DNA of 64,000 nucleotides. It comes from Mobula hypostoma (Eukaryota). Positions 63,949 through 64,000 of this stretch are shown in pieces. How positions within the stretch are numbered: the stretch's first letter is position 1; the number at the start of each line of letters is the position of its first letter. Made by a program: the position numbers and the translations under genes. The DNA lies in assembly GCF_963921235.1 (NCBI RefSeq), contig NC_086105.1, forward strand, positions 55,862,001 to 55,926,000, given 5' to 3'. The notes beneath the pieces are model-generated. The model did not search any database and was not told where the DNA came from. It worked only from the letters and a program-made list of their open reading frames with translations.

Positions 63949-64000
63949 CTGTTGAGAACAAGTATAAATTATTAAGATAATGACATTATTCACTAATTTT

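Noticed and set aside
63949-63993. N-terminal part of the 61-aa ORF
   Set aside because: Intronic; lies upstream of the ZCRB1 acceptor at 63950-63949.

Overview
Vertebrate genomic DNA, most likely a cartilaginous fish (ray-like; inferred from HE1/V-SINE, CR1, Rex1-like and Penelope repeat content). Two host genes are visible, both on the minus strand. YAF2 coding exons 1-2 (13552-13527, 13049-12924) sit in a CpG-island promoter, with intron 2 running off the left edge. The last coding exon and 3' UTR of ZCRB1 lie at 63948-63808, the same neighbour and orientation as in human. The ~50 kb between them is mostly layered transposon debris (CR1, L2, Rex1/Babar-like, L1, Penelope-like, Tc1, Tigger-like, hAT, a solo LTR); YAF2 intron 2 additionally holds RTE-derived and Harbinger elements. 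Most notable: (i) an 8.25-kb, 28-bp minisatellite with higher-order structure that appears to have grown inside an old L2; (ii) a family of short Penelope-derived insertions carrying minimal hammerhead-ribozyme motifs and asymmetric inverted arms, including an 82-bp fold-back palindrome turning inside the ribozyme core; (iii) a four-layer nested transposon stack bracketed by hAT ends and an 8-bp TSD; (iv) a candidate poison exon in YAF2 intron 2. No intact autonomous element and no prokaryote-type system is present. Repeat family names come from recognition of motifs, not database searches, and most repeat boundaries are approximate.
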